A stretch of 64,000 nt of DNA from Camelus ferus (Eukaryota). The notes under the pieces were generated by a model. The model did no database searches, was not told the DNA's origin, and saw nothing but the letters and a program-made list of their open reading frames with translations. The stretch covers positions 104,968,001 through 105,032,000 of the forward strand of contig NC_045697.1 in the NCBI RefSeq assembly GCF_009834535.1, written 5' to 3'. Of this stretch, positions 1 to 13,589 are shown one piece after another. Positions within the stretch are counted from its first letter, which is position 1; each line of letters begins with the position of its first letter. The position numbers were made by a program, and so were the translations under genes.

Positions 1-2397
1 CTGAGACCTGTAAGTACAGTACTTAGCCTTGAATCTGCTTCACACCAACTGGGGACTATGGATGAACCAAGATGGAGCATCAGTTAGTGCGTGAGGCATC
101 CAGGTGATGTGGACATAGGAGTTCATTATAATCTTCTTCTTACTTGTCTGTATATATAAAATTATCGATGATAAAAGTTCAATAATCTGATTTGGTGCTG
201 GCATCATTTCCTTTATACAATTATTCATTCATCCAACAGGCATTTATGAAGCTGCTTTTTCATGACTTGTACTATATGGACAGGCAGAAAGATTGAAAAA
301 AAAAAAAAGCAGATCTTGCTTTCCAGAATTCCAACATTTAGCAAGAAAGACAGTGGTGCAGCTGACTGACACAGCAGAGGTCTAGTTACCTGGTCTGAAG
401 TTTGTGTTTGAGGTTGGACCTATGAGAAGCTAGTGGCTTTCTTTGTCCAAAGCCAGGTTAAGGCCATTTTTGCACTTGAAAGACTTAAGGTGCTAGGCAT
501 CCCTTTGTGAATCACCTTAGTTGTTTCCTTCGGAAGATACTTACCTCCTCCATTCACAGCCGTGAGTGAGTCCTGCAGTGGATACAGTGGGTGTGATGGT
601 GAAACGTGAGGTTCCTTTTCCTACGCCTGCTAGTCCGTTTAGGGAAGAGGTTCGGCACCAAGGGCTTCCTGAGCACCTGGAGCCCCAGATGCTGGCCAGC
701 TCTAGTCACACTGACCGGGAATCCACCAGCCAACGCCAAGCAGGCAGGGAGCGTGGGTTTGTCCACATTTTATAAACTCAGACAAGAAACCGAAGCTTGG
801 GGAGTTGAAATTAACTTACCTAAGGTCACACAGCTTGCTTTATTCATTTACAGCCTGCCTCGTTCCAAAAAGGATTTCAGTCAGTGCAGCCACACAGTTA
901 GAAAGTTCCTTGTGGTCTCTCTACCATCCCAAGAAAAACAAGGTCGTATTTTTTTTCTTTTTAAGCTTAAATGATGCATAGTGTTTCAGTCAATATTACT
1001 ACATGGACGGCTCCCAAGTTTAAACTGCACAAAAGTGCTTATGTATGTCTCTGTTGGAATGTGTGGAAGGAAGAAAGGAAATTGCTGAATTTGATTTCAT
1101 AAAGTCATGAGCTTTACATAGTCGCTGGAACCACGCATGCTGATGCCCGGTCACATGCACGAGAAAATTCTTACTCGTCATTGCACCACTGGTGTGTAGT
1201 TTGTCATCATTATCCCTTATTCTTAATTACCGAAAGTGCACACGGGCTACAGACTGCAGATTGTGCCAAACCAAACATCTACAGTGGTTGAATTAATAGG
1301 TTTTGAGGACTATTTATAATCCTTTGTAAATGATAGTAATTCTGTCTATGTTCCTATAAAGAAACTGCACATCAAAAACTCACACAAAACCTGGGTCGTA
1401 ATCTCAAGCACGTTATTCTCGGTATCTACCTCCTGTTCCCTTTCATTTGTTGCTGACTGTTTTCTTTTTTTGTATATTGAAAATGGAATTCATTTATAGG
1501 CTATGTTTTTTTCTTTAGGTAATTGTTTTTCTTTCCCTACCTCAGCAGTAGGTAAAAGTGGAGACATTTTTTCTCCCGGGAAGGCTTCAAACCCTTGGTT
1601 TCTCTGGAATGTTATTTCTCGTTAGGTGGAAGTGAGGGAAATGACCCCTAAGAGGATTAGTCATCATTTTCAAAATTTAATGAAGGAATTAGGTCGTTTG
1701 TGATTAATGTGCTAATAAGCTCAGAGTAAGCTGTACTTACTGATGTATTGATGTGGAAAGGTCTTTGGAGTGATAATTGTTCAATGTGTATAACCACTAG
1801 TTCCGTGGTTCCTACAGAACTGTTTCCTACAACGTCCAGGGCCACAAACACATCCACACTTGAAATTTTTTGGAAGTCTGCTGTGGCTTTATCCAAATCC
1901 CATGTAACTTAAAAGAAAATTCTTTCACTTCATTATTCAGATGAATCCAACCTGTTGTAAATTGTTTCTAATTCTCCACTGTTTCCCCATTCTTGGCAGC
2001 TTGCCTGTTCATTACTCTAGGTCAGTGATTCTTAACCAGTTTTAATGTTTCATACCCCATCAAGAATTTGGAAGGTAACGATCAATCCTGTTTTCTGAAA
2101 AAATGCAAATGCATATGCGCCATTCACGTATGATTTTAGGACATGTAGTAACACTGAAGTCTGTAAGAGACATCTCTTTATCACAGTTAAGGAACTCTTG
2201 CTCTAGATGAAATTAACTTGGGTGATATTGAAATAATTTAATAGAAATGTGGCCCACAATGTGCAGTGGGGTAAGTGAAGTTTATCAAGTTATAGGTTTC
2301 CACATGTGATGGTATATTACTTTTTGCTTATGTATTTACCAGTATTATTTATTGTCCATTTATTATCTAAAACAGGTATTTCAAACACATACTTTCT

Positions 2398-2778
2398 TTT
2401 TGTTTGATTTTACTTTTTATTGAAGTGTAGTTGATTTACAATGTTAGTTTCAGGTGTACAGCAAAGCAGTTCTGTTATACATGTACATACATACATATAT
2501 ATATATATTTCTTCAGATTCTTTTCCATTATAGTTTGTTGTAAGAAATTGAATATAGTTCTCTGTGCTATACAGGATGGATCTAGAGATTATCCTATTAA
2601 GTGAATTAAGTTGGACAGAGAAAGACAAATATCATATGGTATCACTTATATGTGGAATATAAAAAAAGAGAAAAATTTTACTTACAAACCAGAAATAGAC
2701 TCACGGTCATAGAAAACAAACCATAATTACCAAAAGCAAAAGTGGGGTAGGTATAAATTAGGAGTTTGAGATTAAAAG
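2398..2778 (-). mobile_element. 5'-truncated L1 3' end with a 5' inversion (twin-priming structure)
   Basis: 2398-2572 is the L1 3' terminus on the minus strand (T-rich tail, then ttattgaagtgtagttgatttacaatg...tgtgctatacag). 2573-2778 is upstream L1 3' UTR in + orientation (gatggatctagagattatc...gtggaat...agactcac). TSD aaacacat(a/g)ctttct at 2383-2397 and 2779-2793. Confidence 0.88.
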
Positions 2779-3545
2779 AAACACATGCTTTCTCATGGCA
2801 TAAGAGTAAAGACAGATCTCACAAAAAATAGGTTAATAAAGGGAAAAACCCTTGATATAAGTCACATAGAGGAAAAAGCCTGGAGACCACCAAATGAAGT
2901 TTCCAAAAATTGGCATGGGCTTTCTCTGTTTTACCCCTAACTTGACCTTCCACAGACGCAGTAGGGGACAGACTCCTAGGCAGTCCTCAGTCACCCCCCT
3001 TTGGAGGGAGATAGAGGAGCTCGTTCAGGCAGCCTAGGGTAAAGATGTGCAATTTCAACAGGGGCAGAAACTCCTCCTGGCCACCCTGCTCTGCTGCCAG
3101 AGTAGCTGGGGTGTGACATACCAGGGACTCCCTCTCAGAGACACTCCAGGGTCAGTGATCTCCAGCAATAAATAGAAAGTGAGTCAAAAAGAAAACTTCA
3201 AAACCCAATGAAAAAGAACTTCTGCGGGAGAGAAAGATAAGGAAAATGAACGCTGAGAGTAGAGTGAGGAGTGTCACTTCCCACCCTGGTAACTTCCAGC
3301 ATGAGCACCCGGAAGTCATCATCTCCATCTTCTGCCTGGAGAGCAATGGGAAGTGTTTGCTGAACTGGCCATGTAGGACCAATGCTCCTAGTGGGGCTGA
3401 CAGGCCAAGCCCTCTGCAGGAATCATGTACAGAGCAGGTGGGGGCAGTGAACGCATAGATGGGCATTTTGGCAAAACCACAGGGATGAGGTCAAAGACTA
3501 AGGTGCATACGTCCTTGGTTGAGTTCTTGTCCTCCCCATACCCAT

Positions 3546-3926
3546 TGGTTATGGACGGAATTGTCCCTCAGAATTCATGTATCGAAGCCCTCGCCTCCAG
3601 GGTGACTCTCTTTGGAGATGGAGTCTTTAAGGAGATAATTAAAATTAAATGATGTCATACGTTGAGCTCTAATCCAGTAGGACTGCTGTCCTTATGAGAA
3701 GAGGAAGAGGCACTAAGGATGTGCATGCACAGAAGAAAGACCATGTGAGGACACAGCGAGGAGGAGTCCTGTGTGCAAGCCCAGGAAAGAGGCCTCAGAA
3801 GAACCAGCCCTGTGTGGAACCTTGATCTCAGACTTCTAGCCTCCAGAAGTATGAGAAAATAGGTTTCTGTTGTTTAAACCACCTAGCTGTGGCATTCCAT
3901 TGTGGCGACCTTAGCAGACGAACCCA
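3546..3926 (+). mobile_element. MaLR solo LTR (MLT1A/B-like)
   Basis: Typical MLT1 motifs: tttggagatggagtctttaaggagataattaa, taatccagtaggactgctgtccttatgagaagagg, ccttgatctcagacttctagcctccagaa, tttctgttgtttaaaccacc. Confidence 0.8.
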
Positions 3927-3929
3927 CCA

Positions 3930-6560
3930 TTCTTTCAGGCTACAGAACCCTGGGCAGGGCAGGCAAAACTGTAGTACATAGAAGAAGGAAACAGACATCC
4001 CAGATACGAGAAGAGATTCAAGGAGATGTCACCCAAAGTGTAGTGGCCTGAATAGAACGTGTTGACAAAGCTGCCCATTTAAAACATTAATATGATTGAC
4101 ATCAACCCAAAATAGCCTGTGTGTGGTCTGTGTGAATATATTGCAGCAGAAGGGGAAAAATGTGAACTGTAGAGGAAGAATCTATTTTGGAAGAAATACT
4201 ATTTGGGGAAAGAGAAGACGTGAATTTACTATAATTGATCTCTGTAGAAGAACTAAATATTTATTCAGTAAAATGGGAGTTCAAAAATAAAGTGATAAGA
4301 GAGGATTTTTTAAAGCTGCATGCTGAGGTCAAGAAAGACTGACACCTCCAGCAACATTTCAACACAGATGAGCAAATGGAAAATGGAAATGAATAGAATC
4401 AGAGGTTAAAACACAGATTATCATCATTGAGGAAACAGTCAGATTCAATGAAAGGAGAGAGGTTACAGGAGTCAGAACAGTAGGCTTGGAGGGCAAAGCT
4501 GACCCATTGGAGGGTGTTGTCACAGGAGTACAGCGCCAAGTACATGGAACACATTTTTTTTTTTAAAGTCTAGTCAGTTTACAATGTTGTGTCAATTTCT
4601 GGTGCAGCATAATGGTTCAGTCATACATATACATACATATATTCATTTTCATATTCTTTTTCATTATAGGTTACTACAAGATAGTGAATATAGTTCCCTG
4701 TGCTATACAGTAGGAACTTGTTTAGAATATAACTTTAATGATGAGAAGGTCATTTTCTGAATCAGAGACTGTAATCTGATCAGAGTGTTCACTGAATGTC
4801 AGGAAACACCACTGATGAATTCTGAGTCATTCAGAATCATTCATATAGAGACACAGTGTGGTTCAGTTATTGGATTTTTGAGGAAGAATAAAAATTGCAC
4901 TGGGAGAATACATCTGGTTGCCTCATATTTTCCTACAGCAACTCAGAAGATAATAAAGCAATCTCTAAGTCTTGAGTTCCTACTTTTGGCCACAAAGGAA
5001 AATGCCAGATTTCAAAAGGCAGAAAAAATATAAACCACTGTTTCTGATCCATAATACTCTAAATCCAGAAATTTTAAAGCAGTAATAATAATAAAAGAAA
5101 ATGAAGTCCTTGGCCCTCTGGAAATTTTTAAAACTTTCATGATTTGTGGATCAAAATGGAAATAAAAAATTGTAGATTACCTAGAAAAATATGAAAACAA
5201 GCACATTGAATCTTCAAGGATAGGGAAGAAAATTCTATTCTGAGGGAAATTTATAACCTTTTAAGGTTTTTATTTGTAACTGGATAAGCCAGAAAGAATG
5301 AAGTAACTTAAGCTTCCATCCACTCACCTCCTCCTAAATTTGAAAAAGAAAATAAATATTAAAGATGAAAGTAATTAGAAAAGAAACAAAGATGGCTTTT
5401 TATAAATACCTCCTACATTTTTGAGGGACTACAGAGCATAAAAGAGAGCATATAAACCCTGGGCTAGATTAGTCAAGAAAAAGCAGTGAGAGAGACAGCT
5501 TCCAAATGTAAATAGAAACCAATTTGGAAATGACCACCGATACAGTGTACAGAATTTTGAAAATCTAAGTGAAATTAGTGAAAGAATAATAAAAGAAACT
5601 GAGAAGATTTTTCAAAGAGCCACCACGCATTCCCTGAGAAACAACAGGCTTAGACGTAATCACAGGCAAATGCATTTAAACTTAGAAGAAAGAGTTCAGT
5701 CTGTTGGTATTCAAACTGGTCCACAGCATAGGGGGAGGAAAACTTGAAACTCATTCTGTGATGCCAGTGGGGCCCTAACAAAGCCTGTCAAAGGTAAAGT
5801 TGTAGATCAGTTTTGCTTATGAATATTTATGCAGAGATCTTAAATAATACATCAGCAAATAGCGGCAGCACGAAATATTTCAGTCTTAGCTGAGTTCATC
5901 CCTGAAATGTGAGGGTGGCTCAGTGTTAGGAAGCACACTAATAGAATACACCACATTATTAAGTCAGAGGAGAAAATCTTTCAGCAGATGCCTAAAAGCA
6001 CTTCCCCAAATTTACATATTTCCTAATAAAATACTTTAATAAAGTAGAAATTTTGGATGCTTCCTTAAAATGATTCAAAACGTGTTTTTTAACCCTTAAG
6101 TTCGTGTTTGTTTAATTATTGAAATGCTTTAAATGTTGAAATGCTGACTTGATTCATTGTTACTAATTAATTCTTGTCCTGTGACTGTTAGACAAAGTGG
6201 AGGAGGTAGGGGAGTGGGGAAGAGGCAGTATGGAAACTGGAAGGGGAAAATCTTGCATTATTTACAGATAGGATTGTATACATAGATAGCCCAAGAAGAA
6301 CAGATTGAAGACGACTCATTGCAGTGAAGGATTAAAAGTAATTACCAAAACCGATAGCTTCTTTATATACAACAAGCAGCAGAAAATACAGTGGGAGAAT
6401 AGGGTGTATTATTGATGGCATTCAAAGAGATAAATTACCCTAAGTGAGGTGTAAGGCTAAGTCGAGAAAAGATAAATCACCCAGGTGTAAGCCTAAATCA
6501 AGAGTGAAGAACACCTACTTGATGAAAACTATGACGCTCCACTAAGGAATGTGGCACAGT
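3930..6560 (+). mobile_element. Ancient, heavily decayed L1 (L1M/L1ME-type), ORF1/ORF2 remnants
   Basis: A-rich sense strand with degenerate L1 motifs (gcctcatattttcctacagcaact; gagggaaatttataacct; gaaactcattctgtgatgccag; ttatttacagataggattgtatacatag). No open frame. Boundaries approximate. Confidence 0.6.
4555..4722 (-). mobile_element. Short young L1 3' end
   Basis: Poly-T followed by agtctagtcagtttacaatgttgtgtcaatttctggtg...tagttccctgtgctatacag, near-identical to other copies in the window. Confidence 0.85.
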
Positions 6561-6905
6561 CTCTCTGAGAGGAGGAAATAAGTGGTCTTGTACGTGCCTG
6601 ATCGGAGGGTTGAATTGGAGCAGCCTTTCTGAGATGGTTTGGCCGCGCCCAGCAGAGACGAAAGTGCACTTCTGCTTGGAAGGCAGTCTATTGGCTTCCA
6701 AAACACTCTACAGATATTCTCCTAACCTTTTGCAAGAATGTAGGACATGTTCACTGCCGTGTGTATTTCTCAATGCAAAAAATCAGAAACAAATGGTCTT
6801 CGGTGGTGGGGAAGAAGGGTAAATAAATTACGCAATGACCAGAGGAAGAAACATACAGTAGGCTGTTAAAAAGAATGAGGGAGATTTGTAAATACGGATA
6901 CTGGT

Positions 6906-7461
6906 TGTGGTGGACCCACCCGAAGGTGACCCAGTGATCCAGGCCCATGGGTGCCGGTGGGACCTGCTTGGTTCTAACCAGTAGAATCTAAGGTGATGGG
7001 ATTCTTTGCCATGATTGTTTGGTTATGTATGATTCCATCGGAGCAGACTGGAGAGAGAGGGTCCCCTGCTGGCCTGCAAGAAGCAAATAGCCACGGAGAG
7101 GACCACGTTTTAGGAAACTGCGGGAGGCCCCCAGCCCATAGCAGCAGAAAGTCAAGAGCTGAGACCTCCGACCGCAAAGAAATAATTCTGCCAACAACTC
7201 ATATGAGCTCAGGAGTGGATTCATTCACAGAGGAGACACTGTAATACAGGCTGGCGGACACCTTGATCACAGCCTTGTGAGCTGAAACCCTGAGTAGAGG
7301 CCCCAGTTAAGATGGGCTCTGGGCTCCTGACATGTGGGAACTCTGAGATAATTGATAACGTTCTTATTTACAACAAGAGATAGAAAACACAATAGTAGTA
7401 AACATGTTTTCAGCCTGTGAGTTTGTGCTCATTCGTTACACAGCAATAGTAGATGCATGCA
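6906..7461 (+). mobile_element. MaLR solo LTR (MLT1E/F/G-like)
   Basis: TG start; ttctaaccagtagaat; aattctgccaacaac; gacaccttgatcacagccttgtgag; terminal ttcgttacacagcaatag...CA. Confidence 0.7.
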
Positions 7462-10205
7462 CTGAAATTATTTGATCCCTAGGACATTGACATACTGTCT
7501 CACATTGAATTAAATTAAAAAAAATAATCTCGTGCTATTTAGTGATCCAGTTTCCCTTTTGTACCCTCATGTACCCTGGCCTCTTTGGTGTATTCCTGGA
7601 AAAGGCAAGGTGAATTTGTACCTCGGGGCCTTTGCACTTACTCATTTACTTCCAATATCCAGAAGGTTGCATGTCTCATAATAGGCATTCGGTTAATATT
7701 TCAAGGGATAGTCAGAAATTGAGGTGAGGAACTGTATCTCTCATGATCCTCTGTACATAGAAATTATACATCCATGCAGGCCCATGCATAGGTAACCTTT
7801 AAAATTTTCTTAGAAGGAATCAAAGAAACTATTGACAATGATTGCCTTGCTGGGGAGGCGAGGACTCAGTATTTTTCCATTGTTCTACGTGTGTCAGGAT
7901 CATCAACAGTGTTGTCAGGATGGGTAGATGGTGGCTCAATTGCAGTTTTCTTTTTAGACTTAAAAAAATAAGGCAACCACTGCATGCTTAAATTTACGTT
8001 ATTGAATGAACAAATCAGTTCTCTAGTTCTGGATCTCAGCATGTCAGAATATCTGTCTGTATGACTGGTCTGTTGGACACAACTGGAAATCAGGTTTCAG
8101 TTTGAAGAAACGTTAAGCCATGAGTCTGAACCTTTTTTGAGTTTGAGCTTCTTTCGTTCTTCCACATCTTTCCTTTCTGATAAATGAAGCCCTTGTGTTG
8201 CCATCTTGTCCTTAGATGATGAAGACATGAAGCAAAGGTGAGAGGAGTGTTGGTACTAAGGATCTGTTTAGCTCCTTTTCTTCATTGTGAAGTGTTTGTA
8301 TCTTGAAGTCACTTTGGGAGGGGTTATTTTGCTCGTATCCAAACTATCACCTGCTTCTACACATGATACCAGAAGGGAAATGAAATGGAAGGTGGCCACG
8401 AATTTGTTCCCACTCCTCCCATAGAGACAGGAGACTCAGGGTCTTCTCCTAAATCTTGCTGGCCCCTGAGGTCCTTAAGACTGTGGCAGAAGGGACTCAG
8501 AACTCTGGCTTGAAGAGACAGGCCACTTCCTTCCTCTTGGATGCTCCTTCTGGTGGAAGTCAGCTGTCCTGGAGGAGATCCAGCCACCCTAAGAGTGGCG
8601 GGCTGGGAGGAGGCTGGGAGGTGAGAGGGACAGAGGTGCCCAGCCAGCCCATCCCTGGCGTCATCCCAGATGCCAGCAGACAACCAAAACTGAGCTCCCA
8701 AACTTAGGGCCCAGTCGCCGTTCCAGCCGTGCCCAGCTGCGTGCCGGACCCCCGTGAGGCTGGTCCTTCCTGCTGGGCCGTGTTGCCCAGATCCCAGAGC
8801 CAGAGAATCGGGAGCATAATTAAATGGCACATGTTGGAAACCACTAAGCGTGGGAGAGTTCTGTTAAGCAGCCATGGACAGGAGTGTCCCACTGTTGTGA
8901 TGGAAATGAGGTTTGGTTGAGTGAGTCTCTCTCCCTATTGCCTTCCAGAGGAGTGTTCTTTTAGGTGGGAAAAGGTATATTTTTAAAGGTTATGCATTTA
9001 CAGAGCAGTGTGTTATCTGCATCTTTCCATACAGTAAAAGTTCTAAAAATGAAAATATGATACAGGTTCTGCAGGTCATTCATTATCTTCTCATATACTT
9101 CTCCCCAGATTGACAGCAATTTTAGAACCCTATCCCCCCGGCTGAGCTTCCACCCTGCCGCCCTCCTCCCTCTCGTCCTTCCCCAGCACGGGGGCTTGAC
9201 TTCTCAGTGGGACTCCCGGGCCTTTTTGGGAACAGTACTCAGTATGACTGTAGCTCCTGTATAGTTTTTTTATTTGTTTGTTTGTCTACATGTGTTTGTG
9301 TAACATGTTACAGGAGAATCAGGTTAAAAAGCCTCTGGGTGCTGTGGCTCTTAGTAAACCTTCAAGAGGCTAGTCATTATGCTCTTGGACTTGTCTGTGG
9401 AGGAATCACAAGGTTAGTGTGCGAGGGGGCCGAGCAAAGATCACTTTATTTATAATGAAACGGTACCAGTTTACAAAGCCTTTTCACGTACTTGTTAATA
9501 GCAGATGTGTGCTGCTTTTGGAAAGAGAAAGTCAGATTAAGAGGAGTGTTGAGATGAGATTGCTCCCAGGACAGTCAGGGCCGCCCCTTGGGCTCGTTAA
9601 TAACCGTGTACTGTGGGATGTAGTCAGAACCCAGAACGTGGCCGCCTTGGATTTGGGTGAGAAGAGAGGTCAGGTCCCGGCGTGGCACAGGGTGTGTTTA
9701 TCAGGGAATCGGAGAGGTTGTCCTGTCCTGCAGAAAAGGGTGACAGGTCAGCGTGACAGGCTGGCTGCTGTATTGAGAAGTGTGAGTCACTTGGCTCACA
9801 CAGCTTGGTGAGTGAGAATTTCTTGGGGGGATGGGTGTATATTTTCTCACTGAGGGATTCGTGGGTCAACTATTCAAGCCCTGGGTGTTGTATCTGAACC
9901 TCTTTTGGAATGCCCCGAGTCTTACCTTGGAAAACTCTGGTGACATGGAACTCACTCTCTCCCAAGTCAGCCCGCCCAGGAGTTGTGTGACTTCACCAGT
10001 CCAGAAAGTTGTCCCCCTCGTATTCAGCTGACATGTGCCTCTTTTGATTCCCAAGCCCATGAGCCCTGGTTTAATCTCTGGGCCGTGTACAAGATGAATC
10101 CCTCTTCCATGTGAGAGTGTTTTTGGAATAGTTCCTGTTGGATTTCTTTTCAGGTCCTGCACTTGTATGACTTTGTTTTGGATTTCCTACCTTCTGGTGA
10201 CATTC

Positions 10206-11260
10206 TGTGTCGTGATTTATAGTAAGAAATATATATTTGGTCTTCGACCACAGTTCCTGGCTCACAGCTCCTGAGACCCTTGCAATTTCCTGAGCGATAA
10301 GAGCAATAGGAACATCTTTGTTATATTTTGTTTCTTTTTTGGGGGGGATGTTGGGGAGGTAATTAGGTTTAATTAATTAATAATTTAATTAATTTTTAAA
10401 TGGAAGTGCTGGTGCTTGAACCCAGGACCTCGTGCCTGCTAAGCATGTGCTCTACCCCTGAGCTACACCCTCCCCCCTTATATTTTGTTTCTTGTCCTCA
10501 GTTCCTAAAATCACTTCAGAGCTTTAAAGATGGGATAGGTACCTTCCCATTCATGACTAGCCCGTTTCCACCACAACTGGGGCTGTATTAATTAGGTGAC
10601 TTGGGAAAGCAGCTAAGGATGGCAGGAATCTGCTAGAGAACCAACCGTGAATAGAGGGTTGGAACTTTCAGCCCCACTCCTTGATTTGGGGGGAAGAGGA
10701 GTGGGGCTGGAGGTTGAATCAGTCACCAACGGCCAGTGATTTAATGTACCATGCGTATGTAATGAAGCCTCCCTAAAAACCCAAAAAGGAGGGGATTCAG
10801 AGAGCTTCCAGATTGCAGAGCCAGAAGCTTCTGCCTGCTGCCTTGTGGGGCCCTGAACTCCGTGAGAACAGAAGCTCCTTTGGGACCTTGCCCCGTGTAT
10901 CTCTTTATCTGGCTGTTGATTCGTATCCTTTAATATCCGTCATAATAAGTCGGCCATCTAGTGAGTACATGGGGTTCCTGAGTTCTCTGAGCCACTCCAG
11001 CGAATTAATTGACCCCAAGGAGAGGGCGTCATGGGAGCCTCTGATTTACAGCCAGTCTATTGGAAGCACAGGTAACAAGCTGGGCTTGGGGTTGGCATCT
11101 GAAGTGGGGGTTCATTTTGTGGGGCTGAACTTCCAACCAGCGGGGTCTGATCCTGTCTGCAGGTAGGCAGTGTCAGAATTGTGCTGAATTGTAGGCCCCC
11201 CAGTTGGTGTTGGAGAATGGCCTGTTGGTGGGGGAGACCCTCCCTGCATGTTGGAGTCAA
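10206..11260 (+). mobile_element. ERVL-class solo LTR (MER21-like), interrupted by a SINE
   Basis: MER21-type motifs: aaatatatatttggtcttc, agagggttggaactttcagcccc, gtaatgaagcctccctaaaaacccaaaa, ttcctgagttctctgagccactccagcgaattaattgaccc, gtgtcagaattg. Confidence 0.75.
10337..10477 (-). mobile_element. tRNA-derived camelid SINE (Vic-1-like)
   Basis: The reverse strand reads ggggggagggtgtagctcaggggtagagcacatgcttagc...gaggtcctgggttcaagc (A and B boxes) plus an AT-rich tail. Perfect 16 bp TSD ttatattttgtttctt at 10321-10336 and 10478-10493. Confidence 0.92.
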
Positions 11261-11749
11261 GGACCAGGATCTTTATACTCCACTGGGGAGACACTTGGGT
11301 TCCCCAGAGACTCAAACTGCAGAACGGAGTGCAGTCCCTCGCCCCGTCCAGCCAGTTGGGAGTGCAGTTGGGATTAGCATCTTTCTTGTTCAGGGTCTAC
11401 TCTGTGTCACTTAATCCCGTCTACGATGATGTCCGTTTGCCAGCCAGGACGCGTGGTGGCCTCATCCTGCCCTTACTGTCTTCGCTGGCTTCTGAGGCAC
11501 GTGGTCCCCATCCGATACCTATGCGGCTGCTTTTTAAACATGTGGGGAGCAGACAGTTTTTTCTCTTAGATCCGTATTGCTGGTCTTTTTGTTTCCAAAC
11601 TTCTGAGGGCTGCTTGGGCACACTTCAGGAAATTATTCAGTCTCTCTCCAGCTTTTGCGTTGTCTGCCGGTGAAGACCAAGCTGTTGGTGACAGATAGTG
11701 AACTAGAGCTCTGAGACGTACCACTGGAAGTATTTCTCTAGGTTTGTAG

Positions 11750-11966
11750 CAGTGGATCCCAACCACGGGTGACTTATGACAGTGGATCTCAAGCCCCAGG
11801 GGACATGCGGTGAAGCACAGAGACATTTTTGATTGTTAGATCTAGGGTGGAGGCTACTGGTATGTGGTGGTGGAGGCCAGGGATGCTGTTAAAGATACAC
11901 AGGGCATGCTCTCCGACAAGAGTGATCAGACCCAAAACGTCAGTGTTGCTGAGATTGAAAAGCCCT
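11750..11966 (+). mobile_element. MER20 (hAT-Charlie non-autonomous DNA transposon)
   Basis: cagtgg..tc..aacc start, ccccaggggacat, gagacatttttgattgt, ggaggccagggatgctgttaa, cccaaaacgtcagtgttgctgagattgaaaagccct end. Confidence 0.8.
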
Positions 11967-12082
11967 CTTCTGGATTAATGTAGTTCTCCTGCAGAATGTC
12001 TGGCGGGGATGGTACTTCCTAAAGAATGTCGGATGGAGATGATATTTTTAATCTCGTTAATCAGACATTTCAGCATCTGAGA

Positions 12083-12693
12083 CAGGGATTCTCAAAATGT
12101 GAACTGACCCTTTAAGGGGTCTGTGAGGTGATTGCCTTTTCCACTCATTTTTAAAAAATTAGTTTTAAAAATTGAAGTACAGTTACAGTGTGTCAGTTTC
12201 TGGTGTACAGCACAATGTCCCAGTCATGCATATACATACTTATATTCATTTTCATATTCTTTTTCATTAAAGATTATTACAGGATATTGAATATAGTTTC
12301 CTGTGCTATACTTCATTCTTTTGAATTCGTAGAGGGGAGTTTTCCAGAGGTGATATGACCTCTGATATCAAAACAGATTGAATGCAGAAGCAGAGATGAG
12401 AATCCATCTGTCTTTTAAATCTGACATGAAATAGATTTACAAAATGTAAAACAATACCATCCTCTTCATGGAATCATTTTTGGAAAACAATTATTGCCAG
12501 GATTATGTTAATTTATAAAGGTTTATTCTTTTTTTAATCAACTGATAGGTACTTTTGAAACATTTTGTATTTCAGTTCTTATTTCTAACACTGGGAATAT
12601 CAATAGACAGAATCCACACAAAAGTTCTTTGAGACCAGTAATTTTTAAGAGTATAAAGGAGTCCTGAGAAGAAAAAAGTTGTAAGTACCTCTG
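12083..12693 (+). mobile_element. hAT-Charlie DNA transposon remnant containing a nested L1 3' end (~12150-12310, minus)
   Basis: cagggattctcaaaatgtg start; Charlie-type motif gattgaatgcagaagcagagatgagaatcca...aaaatgtaaaacaat; aaaaagttg...ctctg end. Nested attgaagtacagttacagtgtgtcagtttctggtgtacag...ctgtgctata. Confidence 0.65.
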
Positions 12694-13589
12694 ACTAGGT
12701 TATATTTCTTCATTTTCTGTGTGAGGACACCCTGTCATGAGTGACAGTTTTAAAGGCCTTGCTAGAATCTAGATGCTCAGAATGTTTTTCTGTTTCCCAG
12801 CCCGAAAGCCCTGGACTGAAGGAAATTAATTGGCAGGTTGCTAGTTAACCTGTGTAGTTCCAGTTAGCTGTTCTGCTTTTCCAGGTGCTCAGCAGCCCTT
12901 TAGAAATCAATCCAGAGCCTCATTTGGAATCTCCATTTTTCAGAAGGGCTTCCATGGCTTCAATTCTCTTGCCCCATACACGTGTACCATTTTTTGTTGT
13001 TATTGTTGCAGAGTTAGGATTCAATTTTTGAAAATACCTTAATTCCAGAACTTTTTTTTTAATTTTTGAAATTATGTGTATTGTTGTTAACTAATTCCAA
13101 ACTTCATAAATGCCTGTGATTTGGTCTTGATCGGGTGGGTACAGTTTCTAGCTATGTTTGCTTTTACCCTTTCATTCCACCAGGAAGGTGGAGGGAGACT
13201 AGAGCCCTGCCGTGATGAAGTGGGTGGGGAATATGGTGACTGAAAGGTGCACTGACTCGTGTTGATAACACGGTGTTTGAGATGCTAGAAGTCTTCTGGT
13301 CTGGTGCAACACTTCTAGCTGGATCCGGAAACTGAGGGCTAGAGAGGTTAAGTTACTCTCCAAGGTCACAGTGCAGTTGTGAAAATCAAATAGCAACTAC
13401 TTAACGATACTTGTCAAGCAAGCAAGGTCATCACTTAACTTTCTGACCTTGTAGCTCTTTATTAGTAATATGATCGTGCACAAGTTATTTAATCTCTTCC
13501 AGCATCTGTTTCCTCATCTGTATCACTGAAATCAAAATAGCAACCTTGTAGGGTTGTTGATGTTAATTTACATAATACCCTTTCCTTTT

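Noticed and set aside
539..547. Perfect minus-strand donor GAG|GTAAGT, with similar isolated donors near 20328, 47672 and 53080
   Set aside because: No convincing paired acceptor; isolated consensus donors are common in long introns.
6425..6502. Imperfect ~40 bp tandem duplication (agataaat..ccc..aggtgtaag.ctaa.tc.ag twice); similar small duplications at ~11993-12050, ~11750-11795 and ~42865-42908
   Set aside because: Two-copy local slippage duplications with no spacer-repeat periodicity; not CRISPR-like or otherwise organised.
8357..8830. 157 aa minus-strand ORF
   Set aside because: Low-information G/P/S/A-rich translation of a GC-rich patch, with no family resemblance and no convincing splice sites.
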